64,000 nt of DNA. Origin: Escherichia coli (lineage in GTDB: Bacteria; Pseudomonadota; Gammaproteobacteria; Enterobacterales; Enterobacteriaceae). The stretch lies in NCBI RefSeq assembly GCF_030013595.1, contig NZ_CP122768.1. One strand, given 5' to 3'. This document shows positions 51,769-63,370 of this stretch, piece after piece. The notes under the pieces are model-generated. The model was not told the origin of the DNA. It ran no database searches and saw only the letters and a list, made by a program, of their open reading frames with translations. A program made the translations under genes and the position numbers. Each line of letters opens with the position of its first letter. Position 1 is the first letter of the stretch.

Positions 51769-54404
51769 TGTTTTTCCTCACACTCTTTTCCTTGCGGACA
51801 GTCATTTCCCGGCAGACGTGCGTTCTGCTCCAACCATGCCTGGAGATTATCGCCAAAGCGTAAACTGCGCCACAGCGTAAAAATATTCTCTTCATGATGG
51901 TAATTAAGGTTTACCGTACCGCTTTTACCATCAACGCGACTGGTACCTGTAATGTTGGCCTGCATGGTTAATAAACCGAGATTATCTAAGTTAATTTTTG
52001 TCGATGAACGGCTAATTTCCATATAGCGCAACCAGTTAATTGCTGAACCCGCAGTCATATTATCTTTTACCACCGCATCAGCAGTGTCTTTATCCAGCCG
52101 CAAGGTCATTGGCCCACTATTTGCCAGCCAGCCATCTTTCACTATCCATTTTTCATTGTTTAGCCATAACGGCAATGCACCACTAAATGCCCCGGACATG
52201 GCGAATTGTTTCGGATTGACGGCGCTAACCAGTTCGCTGGATGAGAGATTATTCAGCCGCAACAGCGCCGGGTCATGTTGCGGCATGCGTAATTGTTTCA
52301 TCAGCACGTTACCGCCTAACACATCGACGCTAACATCAGTCAACAGCAATGGTTCTTCTTCTGTCCACGGATAGCGCCCTTGCAAATCAGCCGTAATATT
52401 TTTCGCTGTCACCAGATTAATCACTTCGGCAATTCGCAACGTAACGGGGCCGCGAGTCCCCAGATGCCAGGCTCCATCGGCAAAACGGAAAGGCAGGACA
52501 AAATCGACACCGTTAACCTGATTATCTGGCATCCAGGCACTACCGCCTTTCAACACGCCGTGCCCTCCCGCGCGGAATCCTTGTTCAGGCGCAGCAGAAA
52601 ATGCAACCTGAGCATACAGTTCACCATCGCGTAAGTTCATCTTCCAGTCGGGTGGCACCAGCGGCTGGAATACAGTCAGTGATTGTTTAGGCCACCAGGC
52701 GTTACCGCGCAGACGAATACCGTCCCAGCGACCATTTACCCGAACCGGGCCAATCTCACCAGCATGTAAATCGCCTTTAAAGAGGAAATACGTCGGATCG
52801 CGTCCATCGACGCTAAATTTTAAGGTTGATGGCGGTAACACACTGCCGCCAGTGAACAGCGTTTGCCCGGCGTCCAGTGACAGCGCGCCGCTAAAGGAGG
52901 GATGCTGTGCGTCACGTACCCAGACGACGGGCTTGTCGAGAATTAGTCGCGGCTTTTCTACCGTCATCGTACCGTATTGTAACTGGTCGAAACCGGTGGA
53001 GAGATCGGTCAGCGTAATCGTGCTGTCATGCCACTCACCCTTTCCTGCGACATCCCAGGTGGCATTCATCGGTGTAAAACTGCCTTTTCCCCAGTAGCGC
53101 CACTGCCAGCGGCCAGCGTCAGGGAGAAAATCATTCGCCAGTCCATCCATATGCAGCACGAAATCGCCCAGTTCATTTTCATGCGCCTGCAAAATGGCCT
53201 GCAAACGTCCGTCAACACCACGTTGGGTGACTTTTACACCCGCTAAAGGCCAGCGGATTTCATCGATGTCCAGCGAATCAATGACTCTTCCCTTTGAACG
53301 AAGTAACGCGCCAGGCTCAAAGGCCAGCGTTGGGTCAGTCAGACTTCCGCTTAGCTTCGCAGGTAAACGGGCATATAAAATGAGGTCCGCCTGTTTCGCT
53401 TCACCGGTCAGCTGCAGAGGCAGCTGGCTGTTATCCATGCTTAATTTTCCTGGGCCAAAATTAAGCACCGCGTTGCCTTTACCCGCTTGCCCCTGGGTCA
53501 GCACACTCAGTCGTCCGCTGACCAGAGCGTTCTCGAGCCCTGCCTGCCAGTTGTCGACTTTGACACCCAGTCTGCCACTCAAAGGAAAACCTGCATACGG
53601 CCAGCTCCAGCGACCATCGCTTACAGTCAATTGTTGGCGAGTAATTTGCCACGGCAAATCGAGCAACGGATCGCCATTATCCCGTGCCAGCACAATCAAT
53701 TGCCCGCTATTTTCCTGCCAGTCCAGCTCGGCATCCACCAGTGAAGGCTCCTGCGGCAAGTTTAACGTCGCAGTAGCATGACCACTTACCGGAAGTCCAT
53801 CCGGCACGAGCGGCATAGTAAATTCCCCCACCAGTTTTATCGGTGGCTGATTTTCAAACGCGGCGACATTCAGTTCGCTGACTGTAAGTTGTTGCCCTTT
53901 AAGCTGGCCTTGAAATTTAACTTTTTCGCCCTGATAACGCAGTTGCTGGATATCAGAGGTTAACGCGAGAGAGAGTTTTCCCTGCCACTCCTGCCAGGGA
54001 GAAAAAATCAGTTTATCGATATTGATCCAGGTGTTAGGCAACATGGCCTGCCACTGCGCGAGGGTTTTTGGAGCGGCAGGCGATTGCTCCGTCTGCGGCA
54101 ATTTCGCCAGACAAGCAGAATCAAGTTCTACCGTGCCGACGTTCAATAACCAGCGGCTCGGATGTGAAAGGCTGGCGTTGGTGATATGCGCAAGCTGACA
54201 ATCTCCCACCAGATAACGGAGATCGGGAATGATTAAACCTTTACGCGTAATGCGTGGGCTTTCATCTAATGCAATACGTGTCCCGAGCGGTAGCCAGATG
54301 CCCGCCAGCGTGGGAACCCACAAGCCGAGCGTCATCAGCAGCGTCAACGGCACAAGAATAATCAGTAATAACAGCGCGAGAACGGCTTTATATTTACCCA
54401 GCAT
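51765..54404 (-). CDS. ydbH: AsmA-like protein YdbH, 879 aa
   Basis: ORF track; N-terminal TM anchor. Confidence 0.8.
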   Translation of the reverse strand: MLGKYKAVLALLLLIILVPLTLLMTLGLWVPTLAGIWLPLGTRIALDESPRITRKGLIIPDLRYLVGDCQLAHITNASLSHPSRWLLNVGTVELDSACLAKLPQTEQSPAAPKTLAQWQAMLPNTWINIDKLIFSPWQEWQGKLSLALTSDIQQLRYQGEKVKFQGQLKGQQLTVSELNVAAFENQPPIKLVGEFTMPLVPDGLPVSGHATATLNLPQEPSLVDAELDWQENSGQLIVLARDNGDPLLDLPWQITRQQLTVSDGRWSWPYAGFPLSGRLGVKVDNWQAGLENALVSGRLSVLTQGQAGKGNAVLNFGPGKLSMDNSQLPLQLTGEAKQADLILYARLPAKLSGSLTDPTLAFEPGALLRSKGRVIDSLDIDEIRWPLAGVKVTQRGVDGRLQAILQAHENELGDFVLHMDGLANDFLPDAGRWQWRYWGKGSFTPMNATWDVAGKGEWHDSTITLTDLSTGFDQLQYGTMTVEKPRLILDKPVVWVRDAQHPSFSGALSLDAGQTLFTGGSVLPPSTLKFSVDGRDPTYFLFKGDLHAGEIGPVRVNGRWDGIRLRGNAWWPKQSLTVFQPLVPPDWKMNLRDGELYAQVAFSAAPEQGFRAGGHGVLKGGSAWMPDNQVNGVDFVLPFRFADGAWHLGTRGPVTLRIAEVINLVTAKNITADLQGRYPWTEEEPLLLTDVSVDVLGGNVLMKQLRMPQHDPALLRLNNLSSSELVSAVNPKQFAMSGAFSGALPLWLNNEKWIVKDGWLANSGPMTLRLDKDTADAVVKDNMTAGSAINWLRYMEISRSSTKINLDNLGLLTMQANITGTSRVDGKSGTVNLNYHHEENIFTLWRSLRFGDNLQAWLEQNARLPGNDCPQGKECEEKQ

Positions 54405-54611
54405 GGGTAGTTAATATCCTGATTTAGCGAAAAATTAAGCATTCAATACGGGTATTGTGGCATGTTTAACCGTTCAGTTGAAGGTTGCGCCTACACTAAG
54501 CATAGTTGTTGATGAATTTTTCAATATCGCCATAGCTTTCAATTATATTTGAAATTTTGTAAAATATTTTTAGTAGCTTAAATGTGATTCAACATCACTG
54601 GAGAAAGTCTT

Positions 54612-55601
54612 ATGAAACTCGCCGTTTATAGCACAAAACAGTACGACAAGAAGTACCTGCAACAGGTGAACGAGTCCTTTGGCTTTGAGCTGGAATTTTT
54701 TGACTTTCTGCTGACGGAAAAAACCGCTAAAACTGCCAATGGCTGCGAAGCGGTATGTATTTTCGTAAACGATGACGGCAGCCGCCCGGTGCTGGAAGAG
54801 CTGAAAAAGCACGGCGTTAAATATATCGCCCTGCGCTGTGCCGGTTTCAATAACGTCGACCTTGACGCGGCAAAAGAACTGGGGCTGAAAGTAGTCCGTG
54901 TTCCAGCCTATGATCCAGAAGCCGTTGCTGAACACGCCATCGGTATGATGATGACGCTGAACCGCCGTATTCATCGCGCGTATCAGCGTACTCGTGACGC
55001 CAACTTCTCTCTGGAAGGTCTGACCGGCTTTACTATGTATGGCAAAACGGCAGGCGTTATCGGTACCGGTAAAATCGGTGTGGCGATGCTGCGCATTCTG
55101 AAAGGTTTTGGTATGCGTCTGCTGGCGTTCGATCCGTATCCAAGTGCGGCGGCACTGGAACTCGGTGTGGAGTATGTCGATCTGCCAACCCTGTTCTCTG
55201 AATCAGACGTTATCTCTCTGCACTGCCCGCTGACACCGGAAAACTACCATCTGTTGAACGAAGCCGCCTTCGATCAGATGAAAAATGGCGTGATGATCGT
55301 CAATACCAGTCGCGGTGCATTGATTGATTCTCAGGCGGCAATTGAAGCGCTGAAAAATCAGAAAATTGGTTCGTTGGGTATGGACGTGTATGAGAACGAA
55401 CGCGATCTGTTCTTTGAAGACAAATCCAACGACGTGATCCAGGATGACGTGTTCCGTCGTCTGTCTGCCTGCCACAACGTGCTGTTTACCGGGCACCAGG
55501 CATTCCTGACAGCAGAAGCACTGACCAGTATTTCTCAGACTACGCTGCAAAACTTAAGCAATCTGGAAAAAGGCGAAACCTGCCCGAACGAACTGGTTTA
55601 A
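54612..55601 (+). CDS. ldhA: D-lactate dehydrogenase, 329 aa
   Basis: ORF track; 2-hydroxyacid dehydrogenase motifs. Confidence 0.9.
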   Translation: MKLAVYSTKQYDKKYLQQVNESFGFELEFFDFLLTEKTAKTANGCEAVCIFVNDDGSRPVLEELKKHGVKYIALRCAGFNNVDLDAAKELGLKVVRVPAYDPEAVAEHAIGMMMTLNRRIHRAYQRTRDANFSLEGLTGFTMYGKTAGVIGTGKIGVAMLRILKGFGMRLLAFDPYPSAAALELGVEYVDLPTLFSESDVISLHCPLTPENYHLLNEAAFDQMKNGVMIVNTSRGALIDSQAAIEALKNQKIGSLGMDVYENERDLFFEDKSNDVIQDDVFRRLSACHNVLFTGHQAFLTAEALTSISQTTLQNLSNLEKGETCPNELV

Positions 55602-55699
55602 TCTTGCCGCTCCCCTGCATTCCAGGGGAGCTGATTCAGATAATCCCCAATGACCTTTCATCCTCTATTCTTAAAATAGTCCTGAGTCAGAAACTGTAA

Positions 55700-56134
55700 T
55701 TGAGAACCACAATGAAGAAAGTAGCCGCGTTTGTTGCGCTAAGCCTGCTGATAGCGGGATGTGTAAGTAATGACAAAATTGCTGTAACCCCAGAACAGCT
55801 ACAGCATCATCGCTTTGTGCTGGAAAGCGTAAACGGTAAGCCCGTGACCAGCGATAAAAATCCGCCAGAAATCAGCTTTGGTGAAAAGATGATGATTTCC
55901 GGCAGCATGTGTAACCGCTTTAGCGGTGAAGGCAAACTGTCTAATGGTGAACTGACAGCCAAAGGGCTGGCAATGACCCGTATGATGTGCGCTAACCCGC
56001 AGCTTAATGAACTCGATAACACCATTAGCGAAATGCTGAAAGAAGGTGCACAAGTGGATCTGACCGCGAACCAGTTAACGCTGGCGACCGCGAAACAGAC
56101 ATTAACTTATAAGCTGGCGGATTTAATGAATTAA
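55700..56134 (+). CDS. hslJ: Heat-shock lipoprotein HslJ
   Basis: ORF track; lipobox IAGC. Confidence 0.8.
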   Translation: MRTTMKKVAAFVALSLLIAGCVSNDKIAVTPEQLQHHRFVLESVNGKPVTSDKNPPEISFGEKMMISGSMCNRFSGEGKLSNGELTAKGLAMTRMMCANPQLNELDNTISEMLKEGAQVDLTANQLTLATAKQTLTYKLADLMN

Positions 56135-56397
56135 TAGCTGCCACAGCTCCCGGCGGCAAGTGACTGTTCGCTACAGCGTTTGCCGTTGGGTAATGCACAC
56201 ATCCCAATCGCCGTACCATCCAGTTGACGGGCAACAGAAAGCGAACCGCCGATCATTGCACAACTTGCTTCTCCACTACTGGACATCGACGCTTTTAAAC
56301 CTGGCGCTACGTGCGCCGCAGTCGCCTGCTGAACAGGTTCACTACTACACGCCGACAATAATAAAGCGGCACACCCTACCCAAAACGCTGCTCGCAT
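56131..56397 (-). CDS. ydbJ: Lipoprotein YdbJ, 88 aa
   Basis: ORF track. Confidence 0.65.
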   Translation of the reverse strand: MRAAFWVGCAALLLSACSSEPVQQATAAHVAPGLKASMSSSGEASCAMIGGSLSVARQLDGTAIGMCALPNGKRCSEQSLAAGSCGSY

Positions 56398-56670
56398 CTT
56401 TTCTTCCTCTGATCTTCAAGCCAAACGACACCGCCATAAATAATAGGCAGCACAGAGGGCGACGTCGAGAGCTGTCCTGCGCGTTGCCCCGCATTTTTAC
56501 TTTTTTATGGCTATTTTTTTGCCCTCTGTTTGATCAAAACATTCATTACGCTGATGTGGGGGACACAAAAGCGAAAATGCAGAAGAAAGCCATTTGCTAA
56601 AATTGAAGGATTACTACTGGGCGCGCAGCAATTTCGTGCGCCCCTCATTTGCGCAATGTAAGGGTGTCAT

Positions 56671-59600
56671 ATGATTACTATTGACGGTAATGGCGCGGTT
56701 GCTTCGGTGGCGTTTCGCACCAGTGAAGTTATCGCCATCTACCCTATTACCCCCAGTTCCACAATGGCAGAACAGGCTGATGCCTGGGCCGGAAACGGCT
56801 TGAAGAACGTTTGGGGAGACACACCACGCGTGGTTGAAATGCAGTCGGAAGCGGGTGCTATCGCTACCGTGCATGGCGCTTTGCAGACGGGTGCCCTTTC
56901 AACATCGTTTACGTCATCGCAGGGTTTGCTGCTGATGATCCCGACGCTGTACAAACTGGCAGGCGAACTGACGCCATTTGTCCTGCATGTAGCGGCACGT
57001 ACCGTTGCCACACATGCACTCTCTATTTTTGGCGATCATTCCGACGTTATGGCGGTGCGCCAGACGGGTTGCGCGATGTTGTGTGCGGCTAACGTCCAGG
57101 AAGCGCAAGACTTTGCTCTCATTTCGCACATCGCAACGCTGAAGAGCCGCGTGCCATTTATTCATTTCTTTGATGGTTTCCGCACGTCCCACGAAATCAA
57201 TAAAATTGTCCCGCTGGCCGATGACACTATTCTTGATCTCATGCCGCAGGCCGAAATTGATGCTCATCGCGCCCGGGCGCTCAACCCGGAACATCCGGTG
57301 ATCCGCGGTACGTCCGCCAATCCTGACACTTATTTCCAGTCTCGCGAAGCCACCAACCCGTGGTACAACGCAGTTTACGACCATGTTGAACAGGCGATGA
57401 ATGATTTCGCTGCCGCGACAGGTCGTCAGTATCAGCCGTTTGAGTATTACGGGCATCCGCAAGCGGAACGGGTGATTATCCTGATGGACTCTGCCATTGG
57501 CACCTGTGAAGAAGTCGTTGATGAATTGCTAACCCGTGGCGAAAAAGTCGGCGTGCTGAAAGTTCGCCTGTACCGTCCCTTCTCCGCCAAACACTTGCTA
57601 CAAGCTCTGCCGGGATCCGTACGCAGCGTGGCGGTACTGGACAGAACCAAAGAACCCGGTGCCCAGGCTGAACCGCTCTATCTGGATGTGATGACCGCAC
57701 TGGCAGAAGCCTTTAATAATGGCGAGCGCGAAACCCTGCCCCGTGTCATTGGTGGGCGCTATGGTCTTTCATCCAAAGAATTTGGCCCGGACTGTGTACT
57801 GGCGGTATTTGCCGAGCTCAACGCGGCTAAACCGAAAGCGCGCTTTACGGTTGGTATTTACGATGATGTGACCAATCTGTCACTGCCGTTGCCGGAAAAC
57901 ACCCTGCCAAACTCGGCGAAACTTGAAGCCTTGTTTTATGGCCTTGGTAGTGATGGCAGCGTTTCCGCGACCAAAAACAATATCAAGATTATCGGTAATT
58001 CCACGCCGTGGTACGCACAGGGCTATTTTGTTTACGACTCCAAAAAGGCGGGCGGCCTGACGGTTTCTCACCTTCGCGTGAGCGAGCAGCCGATTCGTTC
58101 CGCTTATCTGATTTCCCAGGCTGATTTTGTTGGCTGCCACCAGTTGCAGTTTATTGATAAATATCAGATGGCTGAACGTTTAAAACCTGGCGGCATTTTC
58201 CTGCTCAACACACCGTACAGCGCAGATGAAGTATGGTCGCGCTTGCCGCAGGAAGTTCAGGCCGTGTTAAACCAGAAAAAGGCGCGCTTCTATGTGATTA
58301 ACGCGGCGAAAATCGCCCGCGAATGTGGCCTGGCGGCCCGTATTAATACCGTCATGCAGATGGCTTTTTTCCATCTGACGCAAATTCTGCCTGGCGATAG
58401 CGCCCTCGCAGAATTGCAGGGTGCGATTGCCAAAAGTTACAGTAGCAAAGGTCAGGATCTGGTGGAGCGCAACTGGCAGGCTCTGGCGCTGGCGCGTGAA
58501 TCCGTAGAAGAAGTTCCGTTGCAGCCGGTTAATCCGCACAGCGCCAATCGACCGCCTGTGGTTTCCGATGCCGCTCCTGATTTCGTGAAAACCGTTACCG
58601 CGGCGATGCTCGCCGGGCTTGGTGATGCCCTCCCCGTTTCGGCGCTGCCGCCAGACGGCACCTGGCCGATGGGCACCACGCGCTGGGAAAAACGCAATAT
58701 CGCCGAAGAGATCCCCATCTGGAAAGAGGAACTCTGTACCCAATGTAACCACTGCGTCGCCGCTTGCCCACACTCAGCTATTCGCGCAAAAGTGGTACCG
58801 CCTGAAGCGATGGAAAACGCCCCTGCCAGCCTGCATTCGCTGGATGTGAAATCGCGTGATATGCGCGGGCAGAAATATGTCTTGCAGGTGGCACCGGAAG
58901 ATTGCACCGGTTGTAACCTGTGCGTCGAAGTTTGCCCGGCGAAAGACCGTCAGAATCCAGAGATTAAAGCCATCAATATGATGTCGCGGCTGGAACATGT
59001 CGAAGAAGAGAAAATCAATTACGATTTCTTCCTCAACCTGCCAGAAATCGACCGTAGCAAACTGGAACGTATTGATATTCGTACATCGCAGCTGATTACA
59101 CCGCTGTTTGAATATTCCGGTGCTTGCTCCGGTTGTGGCGAGACGCCGTATATTAAATTGCTGACTCAGCTCTATGGCGACCGGATGTTGATCGCTAACG
59201 CCACCGGCTGTTCTTCAATTTATGGCGGTAACCTGCCCTCTACACCGTATACCACCGATACCAACGGTCGTGGACCGGCATGGGCGAACTCGCTGTTTGA
59301 AGATAACGCCGAATTTGGCCTTGGTTTCCGCCTGACGGTCGATCAACACCGTGTCCGCGTGCTGCGTCTGCTGGATCAATTTGCCGATAAAATCCCGGCG
59401 GAATTACTAACTGCGTTGAAATCAGACGCCAAGCCAGAGGTTCGTCGTGAACAGGTTGCAGCTTTACGCCAGCAACTCAACGATGTTGCCGAAGCACATG
59501 AACTGCTACGTGACGCAGATGCACTGGTAGAAAAATCAATCTGGCTGATTGGTGGCGACGGCTGGGCTTACGATATCGGCTTTGGCGGTCTGGATCATGT

Positions 59601-60195
59601 ATTGAGTTTGACCGAAAACGTCAACATTCTGGTGCTGGATACGCAATGCTATTCCAATACCGGTGGTCAGGCGTCGAAAGCGACACCGCTGGGTGCAGTA
59701 ACTAAGTTTGGCGAGCATGGCAAACGTAAAGCGCGTAAAGATCTTGGCGTCAGTATGATGATGTACGGTCATGTTTATGTGGCGCAGATTTCTCTCGGCG
59801 CGCAGCTCAACCAGACGGTGAAAGCGATTCAGGAAGCGGAAGCGTATCCGGGGCCATCGCTGATCATCGCTTATAGCCCGTGTGAAGAGCATGGTTACGA
59901 TCTGGCACTCAGCCACGATCAGATGCGCCAACTCACTGCCACCGGCTTCTGGCCGCTATATCGCTTCGATCCACGTCGAGCCGATGAAGGCAAACTGCCG
60001 CTGGCACTGGATTCACGCCCGCCGTCAGAAGCACTGGAAGAAACGTTACTTCATGAGCAACGTTTCCGTCGTCTGAATTCGCAGCAGCCAGAAGTGGCAG
60101 AACAGTTATGGAAAGATGCTGCAGCTGATTTGCAAAAACGCTATGACTTCCTGGCACAAATGGCCGGAAAAGCGGAAAAAAGCAACACCGATTAA
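56671..60195 (+). CDS. ydbK: Pyruvate:flavodoxin oxidoreductase, 1174 aa
   Basis: ORF track; two 4Fe-4S ferredoxin CxxCxxCxxxCP motifs and TPP-binding region. Confidence 0.9.
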   Translation: MITIDGNGAVASVAFRTSEVIAIYPITPSSTMAEQADAWAGNGLKNVWGDTPRVVEMQSEAGAIATVHGALQTGALSTSFTSSQGLLLMIPTLYKLAGELTPFVLHVAARTVATHALSIFGDHSDVMAVRQTGCAMLCAANVQEAQDFALISHIATLKSRVPFIHFFDGFRTSHEINKIVPLADDTILDLMPQAEIDAHRARALNPEHPVIRGTSANPDTYFQSREATNPWYNAVYDHVEQAMNDFAAATGRQYQPFEYYGHPQAERVIILMDSAIGTCEEVVDELLTRGEKVGVLKVRLYRPFSAKHLLQALPGSVRSVAVLDRTKEPGAQAEPLYLDVMTALAEAFNNGERETLPRVIGGRYGLSSKEFGPDCVLAVFAELNAAKPKARFTVGIYDDVTNLSLPLPENTLPNSAKLEALFYGLGSDGSVSATKNNIKIIGNSTPWYAQGYFVYDSKKAGGLTVSHLRVSEQPIRSAYLISQADFVGCHQLQFIDKYQMAERLKPGGIFLLNTPYSADEVWSRLPQEVQAVLNQKKARFYVINAAKIARECGLAARINTVMQMAFFHLTQILPGDSALAELQGAIAKSYSSKGQDLVERNWQALALARESVEEVPLQPVNPHSANRPPVVSDAAPDFVKTVTAAMLAGLGDALPVSALPPDGTWPMGTTRWEKRNIAEEIPIWKEELCTQCNHCVAACPHSAIRAKVVPPEAMENAPASLHSLDVKSRDMRGQKYVLQVAPEDCTGCNLCVEVCPAKDRQNPEIKAINMMSRLEHVEEEKINYDFFLNLPEIDRSKLERIDIRTSQLITPLFEYSGACSGCGETPYIKLLTQLYGDRMLIANATGCSSIYGGNLPSTPYTTDTNGRGPAWANSLFEDNAEFGLGFRLTVDQHRVRVLRLLDQFADKIPAELLTALKSDAKPEVRREQVAALRQQLNDVAEAHELLRDADALVEKSIWLIGGDGWAYDIGFGGLDHVLSLTENVNILVLDTQCYSNTGGQASKATPLGAVTKFGEHGKRKARKDLGVSMMMYGHVYVAQISLGAQLNQTVKAIQEAEAYPGPSLIIAYSPCEEHGYDLALSHDQMRQLTATGFWPLYRFDPRRADEGKLPLALDSRPPSEALEETLLHEQRFRRLNSQQPEVAEQLWKDAAADLQKRYDFLAQMAGKAEKSNTD

Positions 60196-60223
60196 ATGCT
60201 CTGGATAAGAATTATCCAATTCT

Positions 60224-60328
60224 AAAAAAAAGCCCGAACGACTGTTCGGGCTTGTCTCATTATTTGTTGGATAAACAGTAACAAGGGTCCAACAGAAAAT
60301 AATCTTTGTGACAATAAAGGCATATAAC
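60224..60328 (-). ncRNA. micC: MicC small RNA
   Basis: Minus-sense GTTATATGCCTTTATTGTCACA.. 5' end and hairpin plus U-tract terminator; between ydbK and ompN as in K-12. Confidence 0.7.
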
Positions 60329-60555
60329 CCGCGAAGAATAACGTATAGCAAATTAAAAGTATAATTTTTATTTTGTATGTATTATCTTCGATACATTCAC
60401 CAGACTTATTATCATTTCAGAAGAATTATTTGATTAAGGTTTTACTTAAGGCGTAACAAATGATATTTATCGGCTAACTGAACTTCTCCTTTAGGATGTT
60501 TTCACTCCCCGAAATGGGGATAAAAGGCAAATAAAATAACTAAAGGATTTATTCA

Positions 60556-61689
60556 ATGAAAAGCAAAGTACTGGCACTTTTAATTCCTGCCCTGCTCGCC
60601 GCAGGTGCTGCACATGCAGCCGAAGTTTATAATAAAGACGGCAACAAATTAGATCTGTATGGCAAAGTTGATGGCCTGCATTATTTTTCTGATAATTCAG
60701 CGAAAGATGGTGACCAGAGCTATGCGCGTCTGGGTTTTAAAGGCGAAACCCAAATTAACGATCAACTCACTGGCTACGGTCAATGGGAATACAATATTCA
60801 GGCAAACAACACTGAATCCTCAAAAAACCAGTCATGGACCCGTCTGGCATTTGCCGGATTGAAATTTGCAGATTACGGTTCTTTCGATTACGGACGTAAT
60901 TATGGCGTAATGTACGACATCGAAGGCTGGACCGATATGCTGCCTGAATTTGGCGGTGACTCTTATACCAATGCAGACAACTTTATGACTGGTCGTGCCA
61001 ATGGCGTCGCGACTTATCGTAATACTGATTTCTTCGGTCTGGTAAATGGTCTGAACTTCGCGGTGCAGTATCAAGGTAACAACGAAGGTGCCAGTAATGG
61101 TCAGGAAGGCACCAACAACGGACGTGATGTTCGCCATGAAAACGGTGACGGCTGGGGTCTTTCCACAACATATGATTTAGGCATGGGCTTTAGCGCTGGT
61201 GCGGCATACACCTCTTCTGACCGCACCAATGACCAGGTTAACCATACTGCGGCGGGTGGTGATAAAGCAGACGCGTGGACTGCTGGGCTAAAATACGATG
61301 CTAACAATATTTACCTGGCAACCATGTATTCAGAAACGCGTAATATGACCCCGTTTGGCGACAGCGATTATGCTGTTGCTAACAAAACCCAGAACTTTGA
61401 AGTTACTGCACAGTACCAGTTTGATTTTGGTCTGCGTCCGGCAGTCTCTTTCCTGATGTCTAAAGGCCGTGACCTGCACGCTGCCGGTGGTGCAGACAAC
61501 CCGGCAGGTGTTGATGATAAAGATCTGGTTAAATACGCCGATGTTGGCGCGACTTACTATTTCAACAAAAATATGTCCACCTACGTTGACTATAAAATCA
61601 ACCTGTTGGATGAAGATGACAGCTTCTACGCTGCCAACGGCATCTCTACCGATGATATTGTCGCTTTAGGTCTGGTTTATCAGTTCTAA
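60556..61689 (+). CDS. ompN: Outer-membrane porin OmpN, 377 aa
   Basis: ORF track; signal peptide; C-terminal ..GLVYQF. Confidence 0.85.
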   Translation: MKSKVLALLIPALLAAGAAHAAEVYNKDGNKLDLYGKVDGLHYFSDNSAKDGDQSYARLGFKGETQINDQLTGYGQWEYNIQANNTESSKNQSWTRLAFAGLKFADYGSFDYGRNYGVMYDIEGWTDMLPEFGGDSYTNADNFMTGRANGVATYRNTDFFGLVNGLNFAVQYQGNNEGASNGQEGTNNGRDVRHENGDGWGLSTTYDLGMGFSAGAAYTSSDRTNDQVNHTAAGGDKADAWTAGLKYDANNIYLATMYSETRNMTPFGDSDYAVANKTQNFEVTAQYQFDFGLRPAVSFLMSKGRDLHAAGGADNPAGVDDKDLVKYADVGATYYFNKNMSTYVDYKINLLDEDDSFYAANGISTDDIVALGLVYQF

Positions 61690-61697
61690 ATCCTCCT

Positions 61698-61721
61698 GCC
61701 CGCTGTTATGGCGGGCTTTTT
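61698..61721 (+). terminator. ompN terminator
   Basis: GCCCGCTGTTATGGCGGGCTTTTT. Confidence 0.6.
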
Positions 61722-61748
61722 CTGCTTATTCTTCCTCCTTTGATCTAA

Positions 61749-62264
<516 letters not shown>

Positions 62265-62270
62265 CACTAA

Positions 62271-62296
62271 CGCCCGCACATTGCTGCGGGCTTTTT
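62271..62296 (+). terminator. uspF terminator
   Basis: CGCCCGCACATTGCTGCGGGCTTTTT. Confidence 0.6.
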
Positions 62297-62487
62297 GATT
62301 CATTTCGCAAATGTGCTGACATTTTCCCCTCTAATCCGTACCATACACGCCACAGTTTTTATATCAGATTTCTTATGCTGGGCGTTCCGGCATGACGCAT
62401 ACTCTTCTGATGCCATATAACGAATTGAGTCGCTTTTAAATGTCGCAAAATCAAGAAATTAGTAAGAAAGAACAATACAACCTGAAC

Positions 62488-62643
62488 AAGTAAGGGCAAA
62501 AATCACAACTATCTGACGCATAATAATTTTATTTATTTTTCAATACGTTAAGCAACATCAACAACTACAATAAGCTACGATAACCCACTCTTTTTTTGCC
62601 CCATTTTTGCCCCTTTTGCGGCTTTTTGCCCCATTTTTGCCAC
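62488..62643. repeat. Second GGGGCAAAAA(T) motif cluster (one forward copy, four to five inverted copies)
   Basis: TAAGGGCAAAAATCAC at ~62491; TTTTTTTGCCCCATTTTTGCCCC..TTTTTGCCCCATTTTTGCCAC at 62592-62643; same core as the 12744-12931 iterons. Confidence 0.7.
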
Positions 62644-62803
62644 TAAAAAAATCCTAAAACACCCAATCCGTGAACTGCAATTGGCACCCATGAATACTTT
62701 CCAATAGAATCTGTATCGGCTGGAAATCATTCAATACTCGCACTATCGAAAGTTATCCAGCCAGCCGCGGTACGTTCTTGCATACGACGTGCCGCGGCTT
62801 CTG

Positions 62804-63370
62804 TTATTCCACTACAAAATTCCTAACCGACCTCAAATCCTCCAGACTGCTCAGTTCCTCTTTCATCTCCCGCTGACGCCGATAAATCTCATCGTTGCGA
62901 TCGACCTGTGCCTGCACCATTGCAGTAAGCAGCTCATCCAGTTTCTGCATCGACAGTTTCACCTGTTGATTATCGGCATCACCCCACGCAAGGGTGGTTC
63001 GTGCCGTATCGGATTTCGCCGCCATTACTACCGGATAAAGACGGGCCATTGAGTCGGGGCCAGCATTCCAGGTACGACCGTTCCATTCGAACGTGAACGG
63101 CTGCGCTTCCTGTTCTGCACGCCAGGCGTTGATTTCCTGGCGTTTAGCGGCTTTTGCCGCTGCGATAAGTTCCGGCGTGACGGTGAACGGGGCGATTTCG
63201 CCCCATTTGCCGCTTTGTAACTCTTCCCAGATACGCTGACCTGTTGTTGCCGTGTCTTCTGGTGTGGCGGTGTACGGAACGGGGGCTTCCATACCCTCAA
63301 ACAGAACATCGCAGTCAATCGCACCGGATTCGGTATAACGGGGACTGGTAATCTCTTTTATCTGCATCAT
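62804..63370 (-). CDS. Tail fibre assembly (chaperone) protein, 188 aa
   Basis: ORF track; directly downstream of and overlapping a tail-fibre ORF. Confidence 0.55.
   Translation of the reverse strand: MMQIKEITSPRYTESGAIDCDVLFEGMEAPVPYTATPEDTATTGQRIWEELQSGKWGEIAPFTVTPELIAAAKAAKRQEINAWRAEQEAQPFTFEWNGRTWNAGPDSMARLYPVVMAAKSDTARTTLAWGDADNQQVKLSMQKLDELLTAMVQAQVDRNDEIYRRQREMKEELSSLEDLRSVRNFVVE

Noticed and set aside
56739-60157. ORFs nested in or antisense to ydbK
   Set aside because: Overlap a conserved 1174-aa enzyme gene.
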